Source of the DNA: an uncultured virus (IMG/VR IMGVR_UViG_3300005265_000028)
Lineage: Duplodnaviria; Heunggongvirae; Uroviricota; Caudoviricetes
DNA length: 64,000 nt
Strand: one strand, 5' to 3'
Virus record (IMG/VR): IMGVR_UViG_3300005265_000028
The notes beneath the pieces were generated by a model, which was not told where the DNA came from, did not search any database, and worked only from the letters and a program-made list of their open reading frames with translations. Within the stretch, counting starts at the first letter, position 1, and the number at the start of each line of letters is the position of its first letter. A program made the translations under genes and the position numbers. This document shows, piece after piece, positions 50,251 to 59,614 of the stretch.

Positions 50251-50613
50251 CTATATGAGTTTCTGTTGTTTATCATACAGCTCTACAACATTCTCTAATA
50301 CTTCTGGCATCACAAGTATAGACATACCAGTCTGTAGTTCTTTCAGCACTATACATGTATGTATATCAGTGCTCTTGAATTTAGAAGAGCCTTGTACGAT
50401 ACCATTGATTGTTCCGACTATCTCGTACTCATTATCAGACAGTTTGACTTTGCTGCCATATACTATACGTTTAACTAAAGCGTTCCGTTTCTCGCTGATC
50501 ATTTTGTTCAGCTGAACTAACTCTTCCATCAGCTCATCTTTCAGTTTCACGAGCTCACTTAAGCTCAGCTCTTTCTCTTTGTTTTTCTTGTTATTATTCT
50601 GTTTCTTAGCCAT
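50251..50613 (-). CDS. Hypothetical protein
   Basis: GGAGG RBS before ATG 50613. Confidence 0.55.
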   Translation of the reverse strand: MAKKQNNNKKNKEKELSLSELVKLKDELMEELVQLNKMISEKRNALVKRIVYGSKVKLSDNEYEIVGTINGIVQGSSKFKSTDIHTCIVLKELQTGMSILVMPEVLENVVELYDKQQKLI

Positions 50614-50617
50614 ATTA

Positions 50618-50920
50618 TTAACCTCCATATATTTCACGTAGCATATCACGTACTACGCTATTGTTACACAAAACTATTAAACGTTTATCGTAACGCAAGA
50701 TGTTGGCACGTTCCAGATCCATACGTTCAATCTCTATCGTGCCGTACAAATAATTATAGCCATAGTTGCGACCATCTATGGCTGTAGTGCTCTTGAATGT
50801 TGTGTGGTTCCAGTCATATATTGTCAGCTGACCATTATCGAATGTATACAATATATCGAGCCTCAACTTATAGCTTCCGTCCAGCTTCCATTCTTGTTCG
50901 TATCCGACTGTGTATAACAT
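50618..50920 (-). CDS. Hypothetical protein
   Basis: 100-aa tiled ORF. Confidence 0.5.
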   Translation of the reverse strand: MLYTVGYEQEWKLDGSYKLRLDILYTFDNGQLTIYDWNHTTFKSTTAIDGRNYGYNYLYGTIEIERMDLERANILRYDKRLIVLCNNSVVRDMLREIYGG

Positions 50921-50926
50921 TTATAC

Positions 50927-51214
50927 TCACACCTTATGTATATTATGTTTCTTGAATATCTCAACGCTATCCGGTAACTGTTTGATACAATCTTCTATGG
51001 CGTTCTTCATGTATTCATTCTCTATCCGTAGTTTAGCATCTATATTACGAACCGGTGTGTTCATAAGTTTCACATACATATCCACGTATCGTGCAGCTAC
51101 TTCTGAATAGTTCTGTATATTCTCGAGTTTGTTTTTATTGATAGCTGTATCCAGCTTATTGAGAACAGCCAATAACTGGCTGTGTATTAATACATCAATA
51201 TTCATTAAGACCAA
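50927..51214 (-). CDS. Hypothetical protein
   Basis: 95-aa tiled ORF, AGGAG RBS. Confidence 0.5.
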   Translation of the reverse strand: MVLMNIDVLIHSQLLAVLNKLDTAINKNKLENIQNYSEVAARYVDMYVKLMNTPVRNIDAKLRIENEYMKNAIEDCIKQLPDSVEIFKKHNIHKV

Positions 51215-51221
51215 CTCCTTC

Positions 51222-52943
51222 TTAAACTCTTACTTTTAATAGTTTCAATAACTTATTAACATCGAAACCACTCCGCGGTTCATATACTTGTTTCTTGCCG
51301 AACCCTATCTCGTTTATGAACCTGCTCGCATGGTTCGTATATAATATTACAACATTTTCTTTTGCTCTGGTCAATGCGACATAGAATATCCTACGTTCTT
51401 CGTCTATATCAGCATCCAGCATCGGTAACACATCTTCGTCACATGCTATTATTATAACGTTATCGAACTCTAACCCCTTAGCAGCATGGACTGTCATGAG
51501 ATGCACCCCTGAGCCGTTATCTGATTCGTCAATCGCTGTTATGTAATCAAGGAACTCTTGCGTATCAGTGAAATCGCTTGCTATGTTATATAACATCTGG
51601 ACACTTATCAGGTTATAGTCTATACCGAGGTAATCGACTATTATATCCATCTTATCTAATATATTCTCACATTCGCTTATCCGACACATCACATCACAGA
51701 ACTCCTCGTAGTTGTTGTAGTACTTCTCGATCGCGTATTCAAATAACGATTTATCAGCTGAGTTAGTCACAATATCAGCTGCTTTCTTTTTGCCTATACC
51801 GCGTTTCGGTTTATTCATTATCCTGAAGAACGCTATGTCATCAGCTGGGTTACTGCTAACTTTGAGATACGCTATTATATCTCTTGCTACTGCAGTATCG
51901 AATATATCGACTCGGCTATGTAACTTATACGGTATACGCCACTTATTCAATTCTTCGATGAGCCTGGTGGCTTCTTTATGCATCCTATACAACACAGCTG
52001 TATTATTCAGCTCTTCTTCTGTCATTATACTCAGTAATCTACACACGTTGATCGCTTCCAGCTGTTTGGAATCACAGTATTTTATTACTATGTCACTGCC
52101 ATGCGCTCTGCATTTGTCTACGCGTTTGTCACCGAACAACATCTCAGCACGATTATTTATCTGATAAGTATTCCTGTAGTTAACATTCAGCACTATCACG
52201 TTACTACTTTCGTCACGTTTCCATTCTTCCAGATATTCAGGTGAACCAGCACGGAAGCCATAGATACTCTGTCGTTCATCTCCAACTATGAACAAGAACT
52301 CGTTCGCAACAAGTTTTATTATCTCGTGTTGTAACCGTGATACATCCTGATACTCGTCAACGAATATATGGGTATGTGTATCCATAATTTCGCGTCTGAA
52401 CTCTTCATCTTTAATCAGGAAATAATACATACGCTCTATCATAGATGTGAAGTCTAACGCTTTGCATTTACGCATAAGGCTTATGTAGTCACGATACATA
52501 GCAAGCTCAAGTGACGTTATATTCTGTGTCGTCATGTTGCTTATGTTGAACTGGATATTCGATACCATACCGTTCAGCTGACGTGTCGTGAATGAACCAT
52601 ACTCTTTAGCTATATTCCGCATAGCAGTCATGTAGTCTCTTCTATCCCATATAGTGAAATATCCTATCTTCTGCCTCAGCCAATACAGACACCAGCTGTG
52701 TATAGTTGATGCGAATATATTATCGTTCTCTATACGCTCTTTCATCTCGAACGCTGCTTTCCTTGTGAATGTTATGAGCAATATATTCTGTTCAGGCACA
52801 CCTTGCTCTAGTTTGTGTCGAACAGCGTTTATTAATACAAAGGTTTTACCAGCTCCAGCGCCTGCTATTGTTACCACACGGCTAGCGTTACATCTTATGG
52901 CCTCTAATTGTCTATCGTTCGCTTTCATACTCTTCCTCTCCAT
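51222..52943 (-). CDS. UvrD/PcrA superfamily 1 helicase
   Basis: AGAGAGKT, ITFTRKAA, VDEYQD, VGDERQSIYGFR, NYR, MTVHAAKGLEF, EERRIFYVALTRAK. Confidence 0.92.
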   Translation of the reverse strand: MERKSMKANDRQLEAIRCNASRVVTIAGAGAGKTFVLINAVRHKLEQGVPEQNILLITFTRKAAFEMKERIENDNIFASTIHSWCLYWLRQKIGYFTIWDRRDYMTAMRNIAKEYGSFTTRQLNGMVSNIQFNISNMTTQNITSLELAMYRDYISLMRKCKALDFTSMIERMYYFLIKDEEFRREIMDTHTHIFVDEYQDVSRLQHEIIKLVANEFLFIVGDERQSIYGFRAGSPEYLEEWKRDESSNVIVLNVNYRNTYQINNRAEMLFGDKRVDKCRAHGSDIVIKYCDSKQLEAINVCRLLSIMTEEELNNTAVLYRMHKEATRLIEELNKWRIPYKLHSRVDIFDTAVARDIIAYLKVSSNPADDIAFFRIMNKPKRGIGKKKAADIVTNSADKSLFEYAIEKYYNNYEEFCDVMCRISECENILDKMDIIVDYLGIDYNLISVQMLYNIASDFTDTQEFLDYITAIDESDNGSGVHLMTVHAAKGLEFDNVIIIACDEDVLPMLDADIDEERRIFYVALTRAKENVVILYTNHASRFINEIGFGKKQVYEPRSGFDVNKLLKLLKVRV

Positions 52944-52945
52944 AC

Positions 52946-52981
52946 CAAAATTATACCACGAGCTATAATGCTCGTGGTATA
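52946..52981 (-). terminator. Hairpin, probable terminator
   Basis: 12-bp stem tataccacgagc (52952-52963) / gctcgtggtata (52970-52981), loop tataat, followed on the - strand by ATTTT. Confidence 0.6.
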
Positions 52982-52989
52982 TTAACTCA

Positions 52990-53583
52990 TTAGCCTCTCT
53001 TCGCTCTCAACCTCTTTATCTTATCGACTATACTCTCCTTCGAGCTATCGCCAGTACCATTCGCGTTATCGTTGGCTTTGTTGTTAGCAGCTGAAGTGTT
53101 GTTCTTCTTGTTCTTTATCAATTCTCTTAATTTACTTTTACTTGTTCCTCCACTATTCGCGGAACCCCTTGTGGATACACTATTAGCTTCACGTTCACTT
53201 TTACTATACAGCCATAACGCGACACCGACATAGCTTGCTGCTAATTTGAATGAATCGCTAACCGCAGCCTTCAGGGTCAAATCTCTTGTCATACCTTTCT
53301 TGTTTATCATCTCTGAACCTACACCATACCGTTTTATAACTCTACCGTCCGGTGTTATGAACTCAATATATGATTTGACGTACCATACATCATTAATGGG
53401 CTGTACTTCTTCGACCACGAATTGCCAGTTCAATCCGAACGCTTCATCCAGCACTTTCTTGGCTTCAAATTTGTCGATGTATGTTATCTTGATATTGCTA
53501 CCCCTGTCATAGCTATACAGTTTGAGATCTTTGGTAGCCAAAGCTTCCATTATTTCTTGTTCTGTTTTCTGTTTCTCTGACAT
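52990..53583 (-). CDS. Rad52/Rad22 (Sak)-like single-strand annealing protein
   Basis: YIDKFEAKKVLDEAFGLNW...KAAVSDSFKLAASYVGVALWLY. Confidence 0.8.
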   Translation of the reverse strand: MSEKQKTEQEIMEALATKDLKLYSYDRGSNIKITYIDKFEAKKVLDEAFGLNWQFVVEEVQPINDVWYVKSYIEFITPDGRVIKRYGVGSEMINKKGMTRDLTLKAAVSDSFKLAASYVGVALWLYSKSEREANSVSTRGSANSGGTSKSKLRELIKNKKNNTSAANNKANDNANGTGDSSKESIVDKIKRLRAKRG

Positions 53584-53628
53584 TATATATGATTCCTCCT
53601 CCTAATAATTTAATATTTGATATCATAA

Positions 53629-54768
53629 TTATTTATTATTTTTATTGTTATATAGACAAACACTTTTTGCCGTTATCATTTTACGTGTCGTGTACTGATA
53701 ATCTGTTTTGATACCATCAACCGTTACAATATTACCTCTAACTAATACGTCCAAATAGTTATCTGGCTTATTGAATAAGTAACATAATATATCTCCGTAA
53801 TCGCTATTCAATACGAATTGGTGATACTTAGAGCCACGTGCCGAACGTTTATTCAGCTGAACATTTGAAATCACACCATTAATAGTCAATCGTTCGCCGA
53901 AATCTGTGTCATAGAAGTTGTCGCCACCATATTCTGTATTGTTGTAACCACAATACTCGTATTGTTTCTTCAACAGATACTCTTCTGTTGTATCGCAATA
54001 CTTGTTATAAAGCTCTACGATCTCTTCGTAATGCTCATCTGGCGTACCATCTGCTTGTTTCTTATATAACAGGAAATAGTTAAGATTATCCTTACCTTTA
54101 ACACCGAAGTATACATTCCTGCTGTAACTGCCACGTGAACAACGCATGATGAATATTTCTCGTAACATATTCGCACGGTTACCTATCGAATCCATAGCGC
54201 CACTGAACACTAATGCTTCCAGATGACCAAGCGTTATAGCGTTACGTGTACGCGCACACATGAGCATCGTATAAGCAGTTGATACAACAAGATGTTCAGC
54301 TGAATATGTCGAAGCTATATACAAACATTTGTATATTTCGCTATCTACCAGTTGTTTCAAACGTGATGGGGTCAGTTTGTACGTTTTCATACTACGTTTG
54401 GAGTCCTTTGATCTCCATTTCTCGTAGCTGGACCAGAACTTGTCAGTATAATCGCTGTAACCGTATACTTCCTTGTTTGTATTAGCTTTCTCTAACAGAT
54501 CATGCATATTCTTGAACGGCCTATTTGTTATCAACCATTTAGCTTTATCATAACCTATGGACTTAATCGCAGATAAAGAATACAGCACGCTATTAGTCTC
54601 TGGTATGTATACGAAACGGTGCATCGATCTGTTTATGTCAGGCGCTAACAGCTTCATCTTACGTTTACAATCTGCCAGTAACGCTCTGAACAGATCACCC
54701 TCGTCTTCTGACATAGTAGCAATAATTGAAGCCATAAGATGTGCCGCTTTCAAGGATTTCCCATACAC
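53629..54768 (-). CDS. dnaE: DNA polymerase III alpha, C-terminal part (finger end, HhH, OB)
   Basis: LLAPDINRS, YSLSAIKSIG, RPFKNMHD, LEALVFSGAMD, C-terminal OB fold; start uncertain. Confidence 0.75.
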   Translation of the reverse strand: MYGKSLKAAHLMASIIATMSEDEGDLFRALLADCKRKMKLLAPDINRSMHRFVYIPETNSVLYSLSAIKSIGYDKAKWLITNRPFKNMHDLLEKANTNKEVYGYSDYTDKFWSSYEKWRSKDSKRSMKTYKLTPSRLKQLVDSEIYKCLYIASTYSAEHLVVSTAYTMLMCARTRNAITLGHLEALVFSGAMDSIGNRANMLREIFIMRCSRGSYSRNVYFGVKGKDNLNYFLLYKKQADGTPDEHYEEIVELYNKYCDTTEEYLLKKQYEYCGYNNTEYGGDNFYDTDFGERLTINGVISNVQLNKRSARGSKYHQFVLNSDYGDILCYLFNKPDNYLDVLVRGNIVTVDGIKTDYQYTTRKMITAKSVCLYNNKNNK

Positions 54769-56887
54769 GGTTTATAACTTCAGCTGACCAACCTTTCTGT
54801 TCCGCTTTCTTGTAGAACAGCTCCTTAAGTTTAACTACCACATCGTGCTTCTTCTTACCCAACGCTTTACGAACTTTGTCAGCTTCAAGGTCAGTCATAC
54901 CGATAGCTCTACATGCGCCTAACACATTATCTTGATACAGAAATATACCATACGTATGTTTCAATACTGGTTCCAGATCAGGATGGATGTAATCAACTGG
55001 CTCTTCGCCGTTCTTACGTTTGATGTATAGCTGGTCTAACCCGTGTTTCAACACAGCTGGCCTGAACGATGCAACGGCAGCTGCAAGGTCATTGAGGTTA
55101 TGAGGCTTCATATCACGAATCAGTTTCTTCATCATACGGTTCTTAGCCTGGAAGAAACCGACCATACTGTCTTTTATTATGAAATTGTAGATAGCCATGT
55201 CGTCAGTAGGAATATCAGCTATTTTTATACCAAGCATATGTAACCCAGTCCTTATCGCGTATAACGAATTCAGACCAAGAAAATCCATCTTCACACCGCC
55301 GGCAGCTTCTATCGATTCCATATCATACTGAACAGCTGTAAGCCCGTCACGTATCATAACAGGCCATAACGTATGAGTAGGTTGTGATGTTATAACACAA
55401 CCACATGCGTGTAACCCATCGTTTTTGGGGATATTCATATCAGATATCACTCTAATATACTCTATCCATCGTTTATGTTCAGCTGATTTATTAGCTAACT
55501 CCAGAGGCAAATCAGTCTTAGCCAAAAGTTCGTCATAACTGGTAACATCTGCAGCTTTATTGCTGAGCGCTTTGATATCACGTTGATCTATCTCGAATGT
55601 TTTCCCAACAACCTGGATAGTAGATTTGAGTTTCAGCCTCTGGAATGTTGCGATACGCGCAACATTCTCTTTACCATACATCTCTTCAACTATCTTGAAT
55701 GCCCGGTCTCTATCTGTGTTATAGAAATCGTAGTCTATATCTGGCAATGACTTACGACCGGGTGTCATGAACCGTTCGAACATAATATTGTGTTTAATAG
55801 GATCAATATCATGCAGCTGCAAACAATAGGCGACTAACGAACCGCAAGCGCTACCACGTGGACCATACAGGATCCCGCGACGACGGAACTCTTTGAATAT
55901 ATTATAGTTCAACAGGAAATAAGGAGCTGTACCGTTAGCTTTGATTACACTCAACTCATAGTCCAGACGTTCGTAATAACGTTTGTCACAACCAGGTATT
56001 AACACTGGTAGCTGTTCATACACCAGTTCGCTTAGCTTAGTATACTCAGTATAATCGTTATCTAATTCGATATGCGGCATGAACGGTTTGTTCAATGCCA
56101 ATTCGAACTCGACTAGTTCTAATAGCTGGTTCGTATTATCTATTGCGAAACGCGGGATACCTTCGTAGCTCATCAGCTGATCATATGTCCATAGGTAATA
56201 ATAGTTCTCATAAGCTCTGCTTGGAGCATCTTTACGTTTCGTCGGCATCAATAGCTCGTCTTTGATTAAGCTATGCAGCTTATGATCGTCTGACGTTACG
56301 TAATGACTATCAGTCGCGCAATACACATTATGCTCATCGAACAACTCTAGTACGAATTCGTTCAACTTACGCTGGTTCTCTTCATATGCTGGCTGTATCT
56401 CACCTTTGAATCTGTCGCCGAACACTTCTTTATACGCGTTGAAACGTTTAACAGCTATATCTTTATCACCTTCGAGGTATGGTTTGAGGATACCGCCGCG
56501 ACAAGCGGTTGTGAGGAGGAGTCCTTCGTTGTGTTTGAATAGATCGGTATACAGTATTCTTGGTTTATAGTATTTGTATCTATACGATTCTTTCACGAGG
56601 TACAGCAGATTGTTGTATCCGGTTTCGTTTAGTACTATGATGACTAGATGGGTAGTATCCTTCGGGTCATCGTGTAACATATATGCTTCTATGCCTATGA
56701 TAGGTTTCACTCCGTATTCCAGGCACATCTGTGTATGTTCGACCCAACCGTAACAGTTGCCATGATCAGTTATCGCTAATGCTTTCAACCAACCAGATGC
56801 GTAGTCCAGATACTCTTGACTGCTTGCGATTCCGTCCGCTATACTATAGGTAGTATGAGTATGATATGGTACATACACTACTATCAA
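54695..56887 (-). CDS. dnaE: DNA polymerase III alpha, N-terminal part (PHP, palm, fingers)
   Basis: HTHTTYSIADG, AITDHG, TDSHY, RGSACGSLVAY, FERF, PDIDYDF, GLHACG, KMDFLGL, FLYQD, SYGFN. Confidence 0.92.
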   Translation of the reverse strand: MIVVYVPYHTHTTYSIADGIASSQEYLDYASGWLKALAITDHGNCYGWVEHTQMCLEYGVKPIIGIEAYMLHDDPKDTTHLVIIVLNETGYNNLLYLVKESYRYKYYKPRILYTDLFKHNEGLLLTTACRGGILKPYLEGDKDIAVKRFNAYKEVFGDRFKGEIQPAYEENQRKLNEFVLELFDEHNVYCATDSHYVTSDDHKLHSLIKDELLMPTKRKDAPSRAYENYYYLWTYDQLMSYEGIPRFAIDNTNQLLELVEFELALNKPFMPHIELDNDYTEYTKLSELVYEQLPVLIPGCDKRYYERLDYELSVIKANGTAPYFLLNYNIFKEFRRRGILYGPRGSACGSLVAYCLQLHDIDPIKHNIMFERFMTPGRKSLPDIDYDFYNTDRDRAFKIVEEMYGKENVARIATFQRLKLKSTIQVVGKTFEIDQRDIKALSNKAADVTSYDELLAKTDLPLELANKSAEHKRWIEYIRVISDMNIPKNDGLHACGCVITSQPTHTLWPVMIRDGLTAVQYDMESIEAAGGVKMDFLGLNSLYAIRTGLHMLGIKIADIPTDDMAIYNFIIKDSMVGFFQAKNRMMKKLIRDMKPHNLNDLAAAVASFRPAVLKHGLDQLYIKRKNGEEPVDYIHPDLEPVLKHTYGIFLYQDNVLGACRAIGMTDLEADKVRKALGKKKHDVVVKLKELFYKKAEQKGWSAEVINRVWEILESGTSYGFNYCYYVRRRG

Positions 56888-56900
56888 CTCCTCCTTTCCA

Positions 56901-56925
56901 AATGGCTCCTATCTAAGGAGCCATT
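56901..56925. promoter_or_regulatory. Hairpin between the primase stop and the dnaE RBS
   Basis: 10-bp stem aatggctcct / aggagccatt with a 5-nt loop; no U-tract. Confidence 0.5.
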
Positions 56926-57970
56926 AAAATTTGAATAAATGATCTATCTCTCCAATGAACCCTTTGTATTCATATTCTGTTCTGCATAGCTTCTTCAATT
57001 TATTATACAACCTGTATTTGATATATAACAAGTGCTGTTCGTTATATTCTTCAGCATCGTTCATGACTGTTTTGAAGTCTTCAGCTGAATGATGCTTGAG
57101 GTATTCACGCATATCCTTCGCTGGCAGTTTCATAACGAATACTTTACTCATACCATATAGCTTATCGATTATCTTCATAGCTGCTTCAGTGCCAGCGGTA
57201 TCGTTATCATAACATACATATACTGTTTTCCTGTTAAAATATTTGTAGCACCATTCCAGTTTGAAAGAGTTACAACCATTAGTATTCGTGACTGGCGTTA
57301 CGAATTTGTCTACACCCGCGCTGTAAGCTGCTAACACATCTGGCTCACCTTCTAGTAGAAGTAATTTGTTACTCTTAACCAGAAGGTTATGTGGATACAT
57401 AGCAGCACGGCTACCGGATGCCATAAGAGTTTTAGAGAACGGGTTACCGTTGAGTCTATGATACTTCACACATACGAGTTTGCTGTCGTTATTAACTGGG
57501 ATGACTAGTCGTTTACAGCTCTTATCGAGCCTTATACCAAGTTTGAAACGTTTAACTATATCAGTCGATATACCATATTTGTTGACTAACCTGAGATATT
57601 TGTTGTTATTAAGTAACCTATTATGCATCTCTGCGATATCTTTCCATGTAACATCCAGCTGTTGCTCATGTTTCACTAAAGTCGGAGCTAACAGCTTCAA
57701 CGCTTCTTGGAATGTTATACCTAACTTATCGATAGTCAGCTGAATGAAATCACCTGAGGTGCCACATGCTTTGCATTGGAACAAGCCGGTTGTAGAGTTC
57801 AGATACATACTCGGATTATTGTCATCATGATATATACATGTGAATACCCATTCGTTACCATACTCTTTTGGCCATTGCTCTAATACATCTTCGCAGAACA
57901 TCTGTTTATCAGTAGTATCCCATATCAGCTGTCTGTCGATACGGTTATTCGTATACATATTTATACACAT
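56924..57970 (-). CDS. DNA primase (CHC2 zinc finger + TOPRIM)
   Basis: CIYHDDNNPS...FQCKACG; EGEPD; YDNDTAG; KDMRE. Confidence 0.88.
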   Translation of the reverse strand: MCINMYTNNRIDRQLIWDTTDKQMFCEDVLEQWPKEYGNEWVFTCIYHDDNNPSMYLNSTTGLFQCKACGTSGDFIQLTIDKLGITFQEALKLLAPTLVKHEQQLDVTWKDIAEMHNRLLNNNKYLRLVNKYGISTDIVKRFKLGIRLDKSCKRLVIPVNNDSKLVCVKYHRLNGNPFSKTLMASGSRAAMYPHNLLVKSNKLLLLEGEPDVLAAYSAGVDKFVTPVTNTNGCNSFKLEWCYKYFNRKTVYVCYDNDTAGTEAAMKIIDKLYGMSKVFVMKLPAKDMREYLKHHSAEDFKTVMNDAEEYNEQHLLYIKYRLYNKLKKLCRTEYEYKGFIGEIDHLFKF

Positions 57971-58532
57971 CCTTGATCACATTAAAGAATTTTATCTCGA
58001 TATCTTTATTATTAGCTCTTAACACATACGAAGGATGATATAACATGTATACCCTGTATATCTCATTGTTGATCATAACATCTTTATGTTTCCCAGCTAG
58101 CTTCGTTATACCGCCAGTTGATTTGTTATCAACCACAGATTTGTAGGCCACATTCCCTAACACCAGTATCGCTATCGGCGAAACATAATCTATCTCAGCT
58201 GCTAATATACTATAACAGCTGAATATCGCATCATCTGGTGGTTTGACTATTGTGCCGTTGATATGCGGGAAACATTTGACTGCATTTGTTATGTAACAAT
58301 CATCAGCGGCGAACCCTGCTAGTTTGAGGTAACGGCGCAAGAGTTTACCACTCTTGCCTATGAACGGTTTCATCTGTTCGTATTCTTCTGGTCCCGGCGC
58401 TTCTCCTACTATTACTAGCTTCGCACTACCGTTACCTTCCGGGCCAACCTTATGAGACACGATACGATGTAACCGGCAACGTGTACAGTTACTGCACTGT
58501 ATACCGGTATGCAAATCTATGTCATATCTCAT
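57945..58532 (-). CDS. Uracil-DNA glycosylase family 4 (Fe-S)
   Basis: CTRCRL, VGEAPGPEE, PFIGKSG, NAVKC, LYHPSY. Confidence 0.9.
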   Translation of the reverse strand: MRYDIDLHTGIQCSNCTRCRLHRIVSHKVGPEGNGSAKLVIVGEAPGPEEYEQMKPFIGKSGKLLRRYLKLAGFAADDCYITNAVKCFPHINGTIVKPPDDAIFSCYSILAAEIDYVSPIAILVLGNVAYKSVVDNKSTGGITKLAGKHKDVMINNEIYRVYMLYHPSYVLRANNKDIEIKFFNVIKDVYKYVYE

Positions 58533-58830
58533 ATAATGATTTGTCCTCCGTTATATTCTCTTGTTCATTAGTATCAGCTGATAATTCGAAACGTAACACT
58601 TTGATATAAACTTTGCTGTCCCATTGACACAATGTGCCTGAAACCATAATCGTATCACCTTGCTTGATATTATTCTTCATCGCGATCGCCACATTTTTCC
58701 ATGCGATGATAGTAAACAAGTTCTTACCGACCGTTAATCTGAATTGTAACCGTGCGGTCTGGTTATCTGCTGGTTCTTTGAACGATACTATACGTTCAAC
58801 TATACCAACAAGAACAACTCTGTTAAACAT
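58522..58830 (-). CDS. ssb: Single-stranded DNA-binding protein
   Basis: MFNRVVLVG...FTIIAW...KQGDTIMVSGTL. Confidence 0.75.
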   Translation of the reverse strand: MFNRVVLVGIVERIVSFKEPADNQTARLQFRLTVGKNLFTIIAWKNVAIAMKNNIKQGDTIMVSGTLCQWDSKVYIKVLRFELSADTNEQENITEDKSLYEI

Positions 58831-59425
58831 ATTGGAATATCACACCCCTAACTATTTCGTTTATCTCAGCGTTAGAAAGATCAGCTGAGATATCAACAAC
58901 GACAGTACGTTCGTTATTAAGTAGCCACTCGTCATATAAAGACTTTATGTGTTTGAGATACTCGATTGTTATATTCTCTTCGCCAGAACGACCACGTTGC
59001 GCTATACGTTTAAGCGCGAATTCAATATCTATGTTGAGATAAAGGAATACATCTGGCTCACGTACGAAATACATCATATCATCGAATATCATGTTGTAAC
59101 GTTGACGTTCCCATTCTTCCATGTAACCAGCTTCAGTTACTAACCTAGAAAATATATGATAATCAGTATATATCGAACGTTCTATTACTATGTTCTTATC
59201 TGAATACCTGCGTTGTATATCGTAATGTATATGCGCACGACTCGTCAGCATCGCTAACTGGAACGGGAACGCCCATCTGTCCGGGTCTTCGTAGTACAGT
59301 TCGAGTAACCTCTTGTTCTTATCTATCGGTTCAGTAATCGTAATAATATTATAAGCGCTGGTATCTATGCGTCTTATGAACTCGCTTTTACCAGCGCCTA
59401 TGTTACCCTCTATGCTAATAAGCAT
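58823..59425 (-). CDS. Deoxynucleoside kinase
   Basis: IEGNIGAGKS, YYEDPDRWAFPFQ, ERSIYTD, RIAQRGR. Confidence 0.9.
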   Translation of the reverse strand: MLISIEGNIGAGKSEFIRRIDTSAYNIITITEPIDKNKRLLELYYEDPDRWAFPFQLAMLTSRAHIHYDIQRRYSDKNIVIERSIYTDYHIFSRLVTEAGYMEEWERQRYNMIFDDMMYFVREPDVFLYLNIDIEFALKRIAQRGRSGEENITIEYLKHIKSLYDEWLLNNERTVVVDISADLSNAEINEIVRGVIFQYV

Positions 59426-59428
59426 CGC

Positions 59429-59611
59429 TCACACCTCACACAGTGTGTTATCTTCACAGTTGCAGTTGCCTATACATAAATCAACTGGCTGTCTGCAACG
59501 GTCACATAACACTAAGATTTCACGTGCATCTCTGTAATAGTCAGCTACCAGAGATAATAATAATGTATCGTTCATATGTTTCACTCCTGATATAAAGTTT
59601 TGCATAACCAT
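59429..59611 (-). CDS. Small Cys-rich hypothetical protein
   Basis: CDRC....C..NCNC; fills the gap between genes. Confidence 0.4.
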   Translation of the reverse strand: MVMQNFISGVKHMNDTLLLSLVADYYRDAREILVLCDRCRQPVDLCIGNCNCEDNTLCEV

Positions 59612-59614
59612 TTA

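Noticed and set aside
54695..54768. Cyanobacterial-type split intein in dnaE
   Set aside because: No IntN (CLxxxT...) after the N-part and no IntC (...HN-C/S) at the start of the C-part.
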